From positions 1 to 58,950 of the forward strand of contig JAIBDO010000002.1 of the NCBI GenBank assembly GCA_024686195.1: 58,950 nt of DNA, given 5' to 3'. The position numbers were made by a program, and so were the translations under genes. Source of the DNA: Gammaproteobacteria bacterium. Its GTDB lineage: Bacteria > Pseudomonadota > Gammaproteobacteria > GCA-001735895. This document shows, piece after piece, positions 40,153 to 49,919 of this stretch. Each line of letters starts with the position of its first letter. Position 1 is the stretch's first letter. Below the pieces are notes generated by a model, which had not been told where the DNA came from, made no database searches, and saw only the letters and a list, made by a program, of their open reading frames with translations.

Positions 40153-42273
40153 GTGGATTCTGCGCAAGAGCAAGAATTTATAGAGGCGGCGACCAGCAAG
40201 TTCGGCTGGGACGAGCAGTTCACGCGTGCCTTCGATTATGCGATCAGCACAGGCCATAGTGATAAGCGGCGCCCGCGCAGCATCACTGTGGCGAACCGTG
40301 TTCTGCAACTGGACATGGATCGCGAAGCGGTGCTCGCTACGCTGTTGAGTGATCCCGGATTGCGCGATCTACTTCCGATCGAGAAAATTGAAACCGAGTT
40401 TGGTGCTACCGTTGCGGGCCTGACCCGGGGTGTTAATCAGTTGAACACCCTCAAGAACGGAAAACAGACGCGGCTCGACAGCCCGGAGCAGGCGGAAATG
40501 CTGCGGCGCCTGTTAATGGCGATTATCAGCGATGCTCGCGTTATGCTGATAAAGCTATGCTATCGAGTCGAGCGACTGCCGCTGCTGAAGCACGATGATT
40601 ATGAGCAGCGCCGTGGAATAGCCCAGGAAACACTGGATATCTTCGCACCTCTGGCGAACCGTCTCGGCATGGGCCTGCTCAAGTGGGAGCTTGAGGATCT
40701 GGCGTTTCGTGCGCTCGAACCGCAGGCCTATAAACGCATCGCCAAATTGCTGGAAGAAAAGCGCAGCGAGCGCGAGGTTTTTATCAGGGGCTTTGGCGAT
40801 CAGCTCAGGTCGCTGCTGGATGACCAGCAAATCAAGGCCAGCGTGCAGGGCAGGGTAAAACACATTGTCAGTATCTGGCGCAAGATGCAGCGCAAGAATC
40901 TCGAGTTTCACGAACTCTTCGACGTGCGCGCGGCGCGGATCCTGGTCGACAGTGTTGCCGATTGCTACGCCGTACTAGGTATCGTGCACACCACATGGCA
41001 GCACATACCGCAGGAATTTGACGACTATATCGCCAACCCGAAAGAGAACGGTTACCAGTCGCTGCACACGGCGGTAGCGACCGAAGATGGCAAGATTGTC
41101 GAGGTGCAGATTCGCACCCACGAAATGCATGAAAACTCGGAACTGGGTGTGGCCTCGCACTGGCGCTATAAGGAAGGTGCGCGGCTCGATCGGCGCATGG
41201 AGTCGAGTATCGCGCAAATGCGTGACCTGCTGCAGGGCTCCGAGGAAGAAGTGTCCGATGCCATTTCTGAAATTTCGACGGAATTATCCAACGATCGCGC
41301 CTACGTGTTCACACCGACCGGACAGATTGTTGATATTCCAATGGGCGGCACACCGCTCGATTTTGCTTACAGTATTCATTCGGAAGTGGGTCATCGATGT
41401 CGCGGAGCCAAGGTCAATGGCCGCATTGTCAACCTGACGACGGTGCTGGAAACCGGCGACGAAGTCGAAATTTTAACCACCAAAGAGAGCCGCCCTAGTC
41501 GCGACTGGATGAACAAGAATCTCGGTTTTATCAAGTCGGCTGGAACTCGTTCCAAGGTGCGTAACTGGTTCAATCACCAGGATTTCGAACAAAACCTGCT
41601 GGATGGCAAGTCCGTTTATGATCGCATGCTAAGTAAATTTTCGCTGCATAATGTTGATGTGAAACAGCTGGTGATGCATTTCAAGCGTAAGGACACGGAG
41701 CAGTTTTTTGCAGATATCGGCCGCGGTTTAATTACCTCGGCGCAGATGCTCGGGTTCCTGCAAACCGAACCCGAGCGCGACCCGTTCCGCAAAATCAAGA
41801 AAGAGGCGAAAGGTCCCGCCCCTAAAGATGAGGTCAGCATCCACGGGGTTGGAAACTTACTCACCCAGTTTGCGCAGTGTTGCAAGCCGGTACCGGGCGA
41901 CGCGATTGTCGGCTTCATTACCATTAACAGTGGCATCTCGATTCACAAGCGAAGCTGCTCCAATATTCTGTCGTTACCTGAAGACAAGCAGCAGCGCCTG
42001 ATCGAGGTCGACTGGGGTCAGCAGGCAGGAACAGTTTATCCGGTTGAGGTGAGTGTGACGGCCTATCAGCGAACCGGCTTGATGCAGGATATCAGTACTA
42101 TCCTGGCGAATTTGAAGGTGAACCTGCTGAACATAAACTCGAATACCAATCGTGATGAGCAGATCGTTCATACCCGCATGACCATCGAGATCCACAGTGT
42201 CGATGAACTGGTGGCGATCATCGATAAGCTGTCGCAAGTGCCCAACGTGCAGGAAGTCAGGCGCATCGCCTGA
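40153..42273 (+). CDS. relA: GTP pyrophosphokinase ((p)ppGpp synthetase I)
   Basis: 706 aa with a GTG start: ANRLGMGLLKWELEDLAFR...HIVSIWRKMQRK...DVRAARILV...YIANPKENGYQSLHT...IRTHEMHE. TGS and ACT regions are present. I see no HD hydrolase motif in the N-domain, which points to RelA rather than SpoT. Confidence 0.88.
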   Translation: MDSAQEQEFIEAATSKFGWDEQFTRAFDYAISTGHSDKRRPRSITVANRVLQLDMDREAVLATLLSDPGLRDLLPIEKIETEFGATVAGLTRGVNQLNTLKNGKQTRLDSPEQAEMLRRLLMAIISDARVMLIKLCYRVERLPLLKHDDYEQRRGIAQETLDIFAPLANRLGMGLLKWELEDLAFRALEPQAYKRIAKLLEEKRSEREVFIRGFGDQLRSLLDDQQIKASVQGRVKHIVSIWRKMQRKNLEFHELFDVRAARILVDSVADCYAVLGIVHTTWQHIPQEFDDYIANPKENGYQSLHTAVATEDGKIVEVQIRTHEMHENSELGVASHWRYKEGARLDRRMESSIAQMRDLLQGSEEEVSDAISEISTELSNDRAYVFTPTGQIVDIPMGGTPLDFAYSIHSEVGHRCRGAKVNGRIVNLTTVLETGDEVEILTTKESRPSRDWMNKNLGFIKSAGTRSKVRNWFNHQDFEQNLLDGKSVYDRMLSKFSLHNVDVKQLVMHFKRKDTEQFFADIGRGLITSAQMLGFLQTEPERDPFRKIKKEAKGPAPKDEVSIHGVGNLLTQFAQCCKPVPGDAIVGFITINSGISIHKRSCSNILSLPEDKQQRLIEVDWGQQAGTVYPVEVSVTAYQRTGLMQDISTILANLKVNLLNINSNTNRDEQIVHTRMTIEIHSVDELVAIIDKLSQVPNVQEVRRIA

Positions 42274-42292
42274 GGATGATGGCCGCAAAATC

Positions 42293-43309
42293 GTGAATGA
42301 GCAGGTGAAAAGCCAATCTACGCCGGTGACTCCGGCAACCGCCAGCATAGAGCGGCGCTTCTGTATCGCGCCGATGATGGACTACTCGGACCGGCACGCG
42401 CGTTTTTTTCTGCGTCTCTTTTCCAGTCGCATTCTGCTCTATACCGAGATGGTAACTGCCGCCGCGATTGTGCATGGCGACCCTGATCGTCTGCTTGGGT
42501 ACAACGAGGAGGAGCATCCACTCGCTGTGCAACTGGGTGGTTCCGACCCGCAGCAGCTTTACCGTGCTGCCCGCATTTGCGCCGATTTTGGATATGATGA
42601 AATCAATTTGAATTGTGGTTGTCCGAGTGATCGCGTTCAATCGGGCATGTTCGGTGCCTGCCTGATGCAGGATCCAGCGCTGGTGGCTGAATGTGTGGCG
42701 GCCTTGAAGTCGGCAAGCAATCTGCCGGTCACAGTGAAGCATCGTACCGGTGTCGATCAGCAGGAGGATTATGACCGTTTTGCGGGTTTTGCCGCGGCAC
42801 AGCTCGGAGCCGGTTCCGAGGCGTTAATCGTACATGCGCGCAACGCCTGGTTGCAGGGATTGAGCCCAAAGCAGAATCGCGAAATTCCACCGCTAAAATA
42901 CGCCTGGGTTTATCGGCTAAAACGTGATTTTCCGGACTGCGAAATCATTATCAACGGAGGCATTAACAGCCTCGATCAATGCCTCGAGCATTTGCAGCAG
43001 GTCGACGGTGTCATGCTGGGTCGTGAGCCATATCGAAACCCATTCGTTTTGAGCGATGTCGACCCGGTTATTTTCCACGAGTCGCAAGTCGACGTCCCTG
43101 CTCGCATCGAGCTGTTGCATCGGATGTATCCCTATATCGAAGCGCAACTCGGGCAAGGCTTGCCCTTGACGCGAGTCGTGCGACACCTGCTAGGGCTGTT
43201 TCACGGTGAACCCAACGGACGCCGCTGGCGTCGATTTCTCAGTGAGAATGCCCACCGCAAGAACGCCGGGATCGAAATCCTGCAGCAGGCGGAACGACTG
43301 CTAAACTAG
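42293..43309 (+). CDS. dusA: tRNA-dihydrouridine synthase A
   Basis: I chose the GTG at 42293 (the track ATG at 42197 lies inside relA): RFCIAPMMDYSDRHARFFLR...HPLAVQLGGSDP...INLNCGCP. Confidence 0.88.
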   Translation: MNEQVKSQSTPVTPATASIERRFCIAPMMDYSDRHARFFLRLFSSRILLYTEMVTAAAIVHGDPDRLLGYNEEEHPLAVQLGGSDPQQLYRAARICADFGYDEINLNCGCPSDRVQSGMFGACLMQDPALVAECVAALKSASNLPVTVKHRTGVDQQEDYDRFAGFAAAQLGAGSEALIVHARNAWLQGLSPKQNREIPPLKYAWVYRLKRDFPDCEIIINGGINSLDQCLEHLQQVDGVMLGREPYRNPFVLSDVDPVIFHESQVDVPARIELLHRMYPYIEAQLGQGLPLTRVVRHLLGLFHGEPNGRRWRRFLSENAHRKNAGIEILQQAERLLN

Positions 43310-43336
43310 TACTCAATCAGGGAGTACTCGTTCTGC

Positions 43337-44113
43337 ATGAAGAAAAATCTGCGTTATGCGATTCTGCTGTTCATTTTGCTGTTCGTGGCGGTGAATGAAG
43401 CGATCATCGAAATGCGCTCTACCAGCTGGGAGCGTCCGTTGATTGTGCATATTTACGCGCTCAGCGGTGATTCCCGAACCGCCTCGGAGGCCTATGTTGA
43501 CGCACTGACCAGCGCACACTTCAAGCCGATGGAAACCTTCATGAATCGTGAGGCGCGGCGCTACGGGATGACCATGGACGCGATAAAAGTCGAGTATCAC
43601 GGCCGCCTGTCGTCGCACCCACCGCAACCGCCATCGGGGCAGAGTGTGCTGGAAAATATCTGGTGGAGTCTGCGTTTCAGGGCCTGGGCCTGGTATCGCG
43701 GATGGACCAGCGACAAAGAACATAGCGACGTCGAACTCTTCGTCAATTACTTTGATACCGCGACCTCGACTTCATTGCGTCATTCGGTCGGCCTCGAGGG
43801 TGGGCTGATTGGTATCATCAATGCCTTTGCCGATAAATCCTACCGAGGTTCAAATCAAGTCGTCATTGTTCACGAGTTAATGCATACCCTGGGAGCGACT
43901 GACAAGTATGGGGTCGGGAATATGCCGGCACATCCCAGGGGCTATGCCGAGCCGTTTCGTACCCCGCTCTATCCGCAGAGAAAGGCAGAAATAATGGGTG
44001 GGCGGATCCCGCTGTCACCGCAGCAATCGAGGATGCCGGAGAAACTTGGCGAAGTGCTAGTGGGGTCATTCACCGCGGCCGAGATTCACTGGCCGCTGGA
44101 CGGCGACCGCTAA
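43337..44113 (+). CDS. membrane-anchored hypothetical protein with HExxH zinc-metalloprotease motif
   Basis: 258 aa with N-terminal TM helix AILLFILLFVAVN and the motif VIVHELMHTLGATDKY. Confidence 0.55.
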   Translation: MKKNLRYAILLFILLFVAVNEAIIEMRSTSWERPLIVHIYALSGDSRTASEAYVDALTSAHFKPMETFMNREARRYGMTMDAIKVEYHGRLSSHPPQPPSGQSVLENIWWSLRFRAWAWYRGWTSDKEHSDVELFVNYFDTATSTSLRHSVGLEGGLIGIINAFADKSYRGSNQVVIVHELMHTLGATDKYGVGNMPAHPRGYAEPFRTPLYPQRKAEIMGGRIPLSPQQSRMPEKLGEVLVGSFTAAEIHWPLDGDR

Positions 44114-44134
44114 ACCCGCGCTTGCGGCTCCGGC

Positions 44135-44638
44135 TCAGCTACTGCGCAGGTAAACGTAGCTGGCCCCCCCGGCACCATCGCGCGGGTTGGCTGGACACCA
44201 GGCGAGAACCAGTGATTGTTCGGACAACCAGCGTTGCACCATCGGTTTTAAAACCGCCTCGCTTTGCGATCGATACCCCTGCCCATGAATGATCAGAATC
44301 ATGCGGTAGCCGCGATGCAATACCTCTGACATGAATTCCTCCAGTTCAGCCAACGCTTCAGATTGCCGGTAACCGTGCAAATCCAGTGACGCCTCGGGAC
44401 GAATCGCACCCTGGCGAATCTTGCGTTGCAGCTTGACCTGCAAACCGCTGTTGAAGTGACTTTCGCGTGCACCTGCCGAAACGTCGGCGTAAGCGGCGGG
44501 TGCCTCAACCTGGCGCGCAGCCGCTTTTCTCGTAATCGGGGTGGTTTTGCGCTGCTGGTAAACATTAATACGGTCGTTGCGCAGGCGCTTTACGCCCGGT
44601 AGCAAGCGGGCCAGTTCAGAATCATCGTCAGCACTCAT
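44135..44638 (-). CDS. Smr-domain protein
   Basis: 167 aa: LDLHGYRQSEALAELEEFMSEVLHRGYRMILIIHGQG. Confidence 0.8.
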   Translation of the reverse strand: MSADDDSELARLLPGVKRLRNDRINVYQQRKTTPITRKAAARQVEAPAAYADVSAGARESHFNSGLQVKLQRKIRQGAIRPEASLDLHGYRQSEALAELEEFMSEVLHRGYRMILIIHGQGYRSQSEAVLKPMVQRWLSEQSLVLAWCPANPRDGAGGASYVYLRSS

Positions 44639-44728
44639 TGAAATATCCGCAGGTAAAAGCCAAATTTACTCAATAATATCCGAAAATTCTCTCAGACCTG
44701 TATTCAAATAATATAGAATCCCTCCCCG

Positions 44729-44905
44729 ATGCATATACTCATAACCAACGACGACGGCTACTCAGCCAGGGGCATAGAGATCCTGACACAGGAGTCGTCG
44801 CATGTCGCGAATGTCTCAGCGATAGCGCCGGAGCGTGATAAGAGCGGCGCCAGTAATTTGCTGACCCTGAAGCGGTCATTACAGAACTGGCTGGTAGCCC
44901 TGTGA
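44729..44905 (+). pseudogene. surE: truncated surE (5-prime/3-prime nucleotidase), 58-codon stub
   Basis: Too short for the ORF track. My translation is [58 protein letters not shown]. The first 50 or so residues match the SurE N-terminus (M.IL.SNDDG..A.GI..L......V.VVAP.R..SG.S.SLTL). Intact SurE is about 250 aa. The stub is in the canonical position upstream of pcm. Confidence 0.65.
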
Positions 44906-44937
44906 GCCAGATCGGGCGTAACCACCAGGGTATCGGC

Positions 44938-45573
44938 ATGACCTCGCAGCGAACTCGTGATCGCTTGATCGACCGATTGCGGCAACAGGGTATCGACAAC
45001 GAGCAGGTACTTGAGGTGATGAGTCATGTGCCGCGTCATATCTTCGTCGATGAAGCGCTTGCGCATCGCGCCTATGAAGATACCGCACTACCCATCGGAT
45101 ATGGCCAGACTATTTCGCAACCTTATATTGTCGCGCAGATGACCCAGTTGTTACTGGAGAGCGGGGTTCCGTCCTCGGTGCTTGAAATAGGAACCGGTTG
45201 CGGTTACCAGACGGCTATTCTAGCCAGTATTTTTCCTCAGGTTTACAGTGTCGAGCGCATCGAAGCCCTGTATCTTCAGGCTCGCCAGAGGCTGGCTGAG
45301 CTTGAGTTCTACAATGTGCAATTGCGCCACACGGATGGCACTGCAGGCTGGCCCAATCTGAGTTATCACTTTGATCGCATCATTATGACCGCCGCCTGTA
45401 CCGAAATACCCGAAGCGCTGGCCGCGCAATTGAAGCCGGGTGGCGTCATGGTGTTGCCATTCGATGATGGCCACGATCAGACCATGATGAAAATTACCCG
45501 AAGCCCGGAAGGACTGGTCAGCGAGTCTCTGGAAAAAGTTGTCTTCGTGCCGCTGTTGCCAGGACTGGAGTAA
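44938..45573 (+). CDS. pcm: protein-L-isoaspartate O-methyltransferase
   Basis: I chose the ATG at 44938 (MTSQRTRDRLIDRLRQQGI): PIGYGQTISQPYIVAQM and VLEIGTGCGYQTA. Confidence 0.92.
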   Translation: MTSQRTRDRLIDRLRQQGIDNEQVLEVMSHVPRHIFVDEALAHRAYEDTALPIGYGQTISQPYIVAQMTQLLLESGVPSSVLEIGTGCGYQTAILASIFPQVYSVERIEALYLQARQRLAELEFYNVQLRHTDGTAGWPNLSYHFDRIIMTAACTEIPEALAAQLKPGGVMVLPFDDGHDQTMMKITRSPEGLVSESLEKVVFVPLLPGLE

Positions 45574-45578
45574 TCGCA

Positions 45579-46154
45579 TTGTTTGAATCGATCTATAACG
45601 GGGTCATTAAATTCTCGCGCCGCCGCGAGGCGCCCTGGTACCTGTCGCTGCTCAGTTTTCTGGAGTCTTTCATTCTACCGTTTCCTCCGCCAGATGTTAT
45701 GCTGGCGCCGATGGCGCTGGCGAATCCCTCACGCGCGATGCGCTATGCCACCTTGACCCTGTTCTTTTCGGTGCTGGGTGGCCTGGTGGGTTATCTGATT
45801 GGCGCCTTCCTGTTTGATGTTGTCGAACCCTATATCATTGCATGGGGCTACCAGGAGCGCTTCGAGAAGGTCACCTTGTGGTTCGATCATTGGGGATTCT
45901 GGGCGGTGCTGGTCGCGGGATTTTCCCCTGTCCCTTACAAAATATTCACCATTTCCGCGGGCGTATTGAACCTGGCCCTGCTGCCGTTTGTGCTGGCGTC
46001 AATCATCGGTCGAGGCGCGCGGTTTTTCCTGGTGGCCTGGTGTCTTGCTACCTATGGCCCGACAATCGAATCGAAATTGCTACGCTACATCGAGTACATC
46101 GGATGGGCGGTTGTCGGTCTGCTGTCGTTGGCAATCGCTATCTACTATTTTTAA
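45579..46154 (+). CDS. YqaA/DedA-related inner-membrane protein
   Basis: 191 aa with a TTG start and 4-5 TM helices: LSFLESFILPFPPPDVMLAPM. Confidence 0.65.
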   Translation: MFESIYNGVIKFSRRREAPWYLSLLSFLESFILPFPPPDVMLAPMALANPSRAMRYATLTLFFSVLGGLVGYLIGAFLFDVVEPYIIAWGYQERFEKVTLWFDHWGFWAVLVAGFSPVPYKIFTISAGVLNLALLPFVLASIIGRGARFFLVAWCLATYGPTIESKLLRYIEYIGWAVVGLLSLAIAIYYF

Positions 46155-46171
46155 ACGCACGCAGTCCATTG

Positions 46172-46906
46172 ATGAGACCAGTTTTTGTCTACCTGATCGC
46201 TGTATTATTGCTCACTGCCTGTGCTACGCATCAGCAGGGGCAAAATAGGTCGCGTGGCCCAGGCTGGTACACGGTAAAGCTCAGCGATACGCTCTACTCG
46301 ATCGCCTGGCGTTACGGCCTGGAGTCGCAACAGCTGGCGAACTGGAACCAGATTGATCTCAATGAACCGATATACCCTGGGCAGCGCCTGCGCCTGGTAA
46401 AACCGCATAACCAGTCGACGCCGGCCAGCAGTACCGGGGCTGTTGTTAAAAAGAAGAGCAGCAAGCCTGCATCGAGTTCCGTCAGTTCGAGCAAATCTAC
46501 ACAAGGCAATAGTAGCCAGCAAGCCGCGCGACCGGACCCGGGAAAATGGATCTGGCCAACCGTTGGCAAACCGTTGAATACCTTCCTTGCTTCGCGACTG
46601 GACCGGCGCGGTATCGACATCGCTGGAAAGCAGGGTCAAGCTGTGCTCGCGGTTGCCGATGGCAAGGTGGTATATAGTGGTAATGGTTTGGCGGGTTATG
46701 GTAATCTCATCATTATCAAGCACAGCCAAACCTACTTGAGTGCCTACGCTTATTGTGAGCAACGGCTCGTGGAAGAGGGGATGTCGGTGAAAGCCGGCAA
46801 GAAGGTGGCCACGATGGGATCGAAAGATAATATCGCGAAGCTACATTTTGAAATTAGACGAAACGGTAAGCCGGTAGATCCATTAAAGTATTTGCCCAGG
46901 CAATAA
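46172..46906 (+). CDS. nlpD: LysM + M23-family murein hydrolase activator lipoprotein
   Basis: I chose the ATG at 46172 (MRPVFVYLIAVLLLTAC lipobox). LysM domain YTVKLSDTLYSIAWRYG, a Ser-rich linker, and M23 domain GIDIAGKQGQAV...GNLIIIKH...HFEIR. Directly upstream of rpoS. Confidence 0.87.
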   Translation: MRPVFVYLIAVLLLTACATHQQGQNRSRGPGWYTVKLSDTLYSIAWRYGLESQQLANWNQIDLNEPIYPGQRLRLVKPHNQSTPASSTGAVVKKKSSKPASSSVSSSKSTQGNSSQQAARPDPGKWIWPTVGKPLNTFLASRLDRRGIDIAGKQGQAVLAVADGKVVYSGNGLAGYGNLIIIKHSQTYLSAYAYCEQRLVEEGMSVKAGKKVATMGSKDNIAKLHFEIRRNGKPVDPLKYLPRQ

Positions 46907-46917
46907 GGAAGAGTTGA

Positions 46918-47982
46918 ATGACCAAATCGACCGATAAGTCACTTATCGAAGATACCGAAATAGCGCCGGAAGAGCTGGTTGAAGGCCTGGCCGATGACGA
47001 GGACGCAAGCGACGGCGATGACGACAAAACTGTCGCGACCGCCGACGATGACGATGATGATTCGGAAGAAGATGCCGGCGGTAAGAAGTTTGTCGACCGG
47101 CGCAAGCCGGACGAGGATCGACGTAAGGCGAGCACACGGCGTGCAACCGATGCTGATCCGACTCGGCTTTATCTGAAGGAGATCGAGGTTTCGCCGTTAC
47201 TGACGGCAGATGAGGAAAAGCACTATTCACGCCTGGCACTGGCAGGCGATATCACTGCGCGCGACAAGATGATCGAGTGTAACCTGCGCCTGGTGGTCAA
47301 GATCGCGCGTCGCTATATGAATCGCGGGCTGGCGCTGCTTGATCTGATCGAAGAAGGTAACCTCGGCTTGATCCGTGCAGTAGAGAAGTTTGATCCGGAA
47401 CGCGGATTTCGCTTTTCGACTTATGCAACCTGGTGGATTCGACAAACCATCGAACGCGGGTTGATGAACCAGACCCGTACCATCCGTCTGCCCATCCACG
47501 TGATCAAAGAATTGAATACCTATCTGCGGGCAGCACGCAAGCTGACCCAGGAACTGAATCGTGAAGCGACCTCCGAAGACGTGGCGAAGTTGTTGAAGAA
47601 GCCGGTCAAGGATGTCGAGAAAATGTTCAAGCTGGCGGATCGTGTCTCATCTTTCGATATCCCGATGGGCGGTGAAGGCGAGCGCCCGCTACTCGATGTA
47701 ATCCCTGACGAAAATAATACCGATCCAGCCAGCATTCTGCAGGATGAATCGGTGTTGAAGCATCTGGACAGCTGGCTTGACGAACTTGACGAAAAACAGC
47801 GCGATGTTGTTGTTCGGCGTTTCGGCTTGCGCAATCATCCGCGCGGTACGCTTGAAGAAGTGGGGCTTGAGCTTGGAGTGACACGTGAGCGCGTGCGTCA
47901 GATTCAGATGGACGCGCTGCGTAAGCTGCGTCGGATCCTCGAACACAGTGGCTATTCCCGCGAAAATATTATTGAAGAATAG
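46918..47982 (+). CDS. rpoS: RNA polymerase sigma factor RpoS (sigma38) with long acidic N-terminal tail
   Basis: 354 aa: TRLYLKEI...[57 protein letters not shown]. In the nlpD-rpoS context. Confidence 0.93.
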   Translation: MTKSTDKSLIEDTEIAPEELVEGLADDEDASDGDDDKTVATADDDDDDSEEDAGGKKFVDRRKPDEDRRKASTRRATDADPTRLYLKEIEVSPLLTADEEKHYSRLALAGDITARDKMIECNLRLVVKIARRYMNRGLALLDLIEEGNLGLIRAVEKFDPERGFRFSTYATWWIRQTIERGLMNQTRTIRLPIHVIKELNTYLRAARKLTQELNREATSEDVAKLLKKPVKDVEKMFKLADRVSSFDIPMGGEGERPLLDVIPDENNTDPASILQDESVLKHLDSWLDELDEKQRDVVVRRFGLRNHPRGTLEEVGLELGVTRERVRQIQMDALRKLRRILEHSGYSRENIIEE

Positions 47983-48046
47983 TGCTCAGGATAAGCCGCA
48001 GCTTGCCATTGATGCCCAGGTTTCCTGGGTGATTTCCGGAGTAATT

Positions 48047-48421
48047 TCAGGCAGGTAGAATGATGGCGGCGGTCACTGCGCGATCTTCAGCGACCAGAAT
48101 GTTGAAGGTGCGGCACAGCGCGCCGTTGTCCATGACTTCGAGACCAATACCCTGCTCACCGAACAAACCGAATATAGCGGGCGCGGGAAACTGTTGCCGC
48201 GGTCCGGTACCGAGCAAAACCACGGCGGGTTTCGATGCGAAGATTGGCGCCAGCGTTTCCGGAGTCAATTGATCCAGCGCGGTAACGGGCCAGGGGCTGT
48301 GCAATGATTCTGCGGTCAGGATCAAGCTCTGTTGATACACACGTTCGTTGACGGAAACCGTATTGCTACTGTAGGAGGAAATACGGTGGCGACTGGTAAC
48401 GATGTCTTCGGCGAGTGGCAT
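48047..48421 (-). CDS. Mth938-like (DUF498) domain protein
   Basis: I chose the start at 48421 (MPLAEDIV...): VVLLGTGPRQQFPAPAIFGLFGEQGIGLEVMDNGALCRTFNIL. Confidence 0.68.
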   Translation of the reverse strand: MPLAEDIVTSRHRISSYSSNTVSVNERVYQQSLILTAESLHSPWPVTALDQLTPETLAPIFASKPAVVLLGTGPRQQFPAPAIFGLFGEQGIGLEVMDNGALCRTFNILVAEDRAVTAAIILPA

Positions 48422-48512
48422 GCCGCGCAGAATAATGTAAAACGGCAACCCGATCAATCATGCCTGCGTTTAATCCGACCCTCATTTATCTCGACGTTAA
48501 TGCAGTGGCGTG

Positions 48513-48541
48513 TTGACAGGCGAGGACTCTTTTCTTAATGT
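48513..48541 (+). promoter_or_regulatory. candidate sigma70 promoter for hom
   Basis: TTGACA (48513-48518), a 17-nt spacer, then TAATGT (48536-48541), about 45 nt upstream of the proposed hom start. Confidence 0.45.
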
Positions 48542-48584
48542 TGCGCGTTCGCAAAAACGCACTGAAACCTTCTGGAGAACAGGA

Positions 48585-49901
48585 TTGAAACCGGTAAAGC
48601 TGGGTTTGTTGGGTGTTGGCACTGTGGGTGCCAGTACCGCGATGGTATTGAAAAACAATGCCGCCGAAATTGCGCGTCGGGCAGGACGCAGTATTGAGAT
48701 CATTCAGGCTTCGCGCCGTGCGATTGGCAGTGGAATGCCTGAAGGTTGCGACAACATCGAGCTGGTGGCCGACCCTTTTGAAGTGGTTAACAATGCCGAG
48801 GTCGATATTGTCATCGAACTCATCGGTGGCTATCAGCCTGCGCTCGACCTGGTATTGCAGGCGATTGCGAATGGTAAGCATGTGGTCACCGCTAACAAGG
48901 CACTGATTGCACTGCACGGTAATCAGATTTTCGCCGAAGCCCAGCGCATGGGCGTAAACGTGGTGTTCGAAGCCGCGGTAGCCGGTGGTATTCCGATCAT
49001 CAAGTCGATTCGCGAGGGTTTGAGCGCCAATTTGATCGAATCGGTTGCAGGGATTATTAACGGCACGGGTAATTTCATCCTGACCGAGATGCGTGACAAA
49101 GGGCGTGATTTCGACGATGTGCTGCGCGAAGCGCAGGAACTGGGTTACGCAGAGGCTGACCCGACCTTCGATGTCGAAGGTATCGATGCGGCGCACAAGC
49201 TTTGTATTCTGTCCTCGATCGCATTTGGCATACCACTGCAATTTGAGGCGGTGTATACCGAAGGCATCAGTGCGATATCGACCGAGGACGTGGTTTATGC
49301 CGGTCAGCTCGGATATAGCATCAAGCATCTTGGTATTGCGCGTCGTACCGATAAGGGTATCGAAATGCGTGTGCACCCGACCCTGATTCCGCATAAACAA
49401 TTGATAGCGAATGTCGACGGAGTGATGAATGCGGTCCTGGTGCAGGCTGATAAATTAGGGCCTTCATTGTATTACGGGGCCGGTGCCGGAGCTGACCCGA
49501 CCGCGTCAGCGGTGATCGCCGACATTATCGATGTGGCGCGCACTATTACCACCGATGCGCAGAATCGTGTGCCGCATCTGGCGTTTCAACCCGATCAGAT
49601 TGTCGACATTCCGATTTTGCCGATTACCGAAATTCATACCGCTTACTACTTGCGCATGCGGGTCGAGGATCGCCCCGGTGTTATGGCTGAAATCACACGC
49701 ATCATGGGCGACAAGGAGATTTCGATCGAGGCGATCTTGCAGAAGGAGCCCGAAGCGGGCGTGACGCAGGCTACCATCATCATGCTCACGCAAAAGATAC
49801 GCGAGCAGCAAATGGTCGACGCAATTGAAGCCATAACCGAGCTCCCGGCGGTTCACGGCGCGGTGCATCGCATTCGCGTCGAGACCCTGGATGGCGATTG
49901 A
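48585..49901 (+). CDS. hom: homoserine dehydrogenase
   Basis: I chose the TTG at 48585 (GGAG 8 nt upstream), giving MKPVKLGLLGVGTVG. Also VVTANKAL and a C-terminal ACT domain. About 438 aa. Confidence 0.9.
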   Translation: MKPVKLGLLGVGTVGASTAMVLKNNAAEIARRAGRSIEIIQASRRAIGSGMPEGCDNIELVADPFEVVNNAEVDIVIELIGGYQPALDLVLQAIANGKHVVTANKALIALHGNQIFAEAQRMGVNVVFEAAVAGGIPIIKSIREGLSANLIESVAGIINGTGNFILTEMRDKGRDFDDVLREAQELGYAEADPTFDVEGIDAAHKLCILSSIAFGIPLQFEAVYTEGISAISTEDVVYAGQLGYSIKHLGIARRTDKGIEMRVHPTLIPHKQLIANVDGVMNAVLVQADKLGPSLYYGAGAGADPTASAVIADIIDVARTITTDAQNRVPHLAFQPDQIVDIPILPITEIHTAYYLRMRVEDRPGVMAEITRIMGDKEISIEAILQKEPEAGVTQATIIMLTQKIREQQMVDAIEAITELPAVHGAVHRIRVETLDGD

Positions 49902-49919
49902 TAAAGGGGCGCTCACTGG

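Noticed and set aside
42197-42292. Upstream starts given by the track for dusA (42197), nlpD (45842), rodZ (55152), rlmN (53248), queA (25545), tgt (26627), ibpA (20275) and the Mth938-like gene (48457).
   Set aside because: These extensions overlap the preceding gene or add residues not found at the N-termini of the families. The internal starts I used restore canonical N-termini, lipoboxes or SD sequences.
48015-48029. CCCAGG-TTT-CCTGGG hairpin between rpoS and the convergent Mth938-like gene, considered as a bidirectional terminator.
   Set aside because: The stem is only 6 bp with a 3-nt loop, and there is no clear U-tract on either strand. That is not enough to call a terminator.
48486-49400. 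Long antisense ORFs opposite well-supported genes. Examples: 48486-49400 (304 aa, opposite hom), 50392-51117 (241 aa, opposite MFS), 57663-58343 (226 aa, opposite yfgM), 10929-11549, 28546-29070, 13730-14299, 42257-42742 and 46205-46762.
   Set aside because: Each lies entirely within a gene whose translation shows clear family motifs. Their own translations are low-complexity (rich in R, Q, H and G) with no recognisable motifs. They are typical shadow ORFs of moderately GC-rich DNA.
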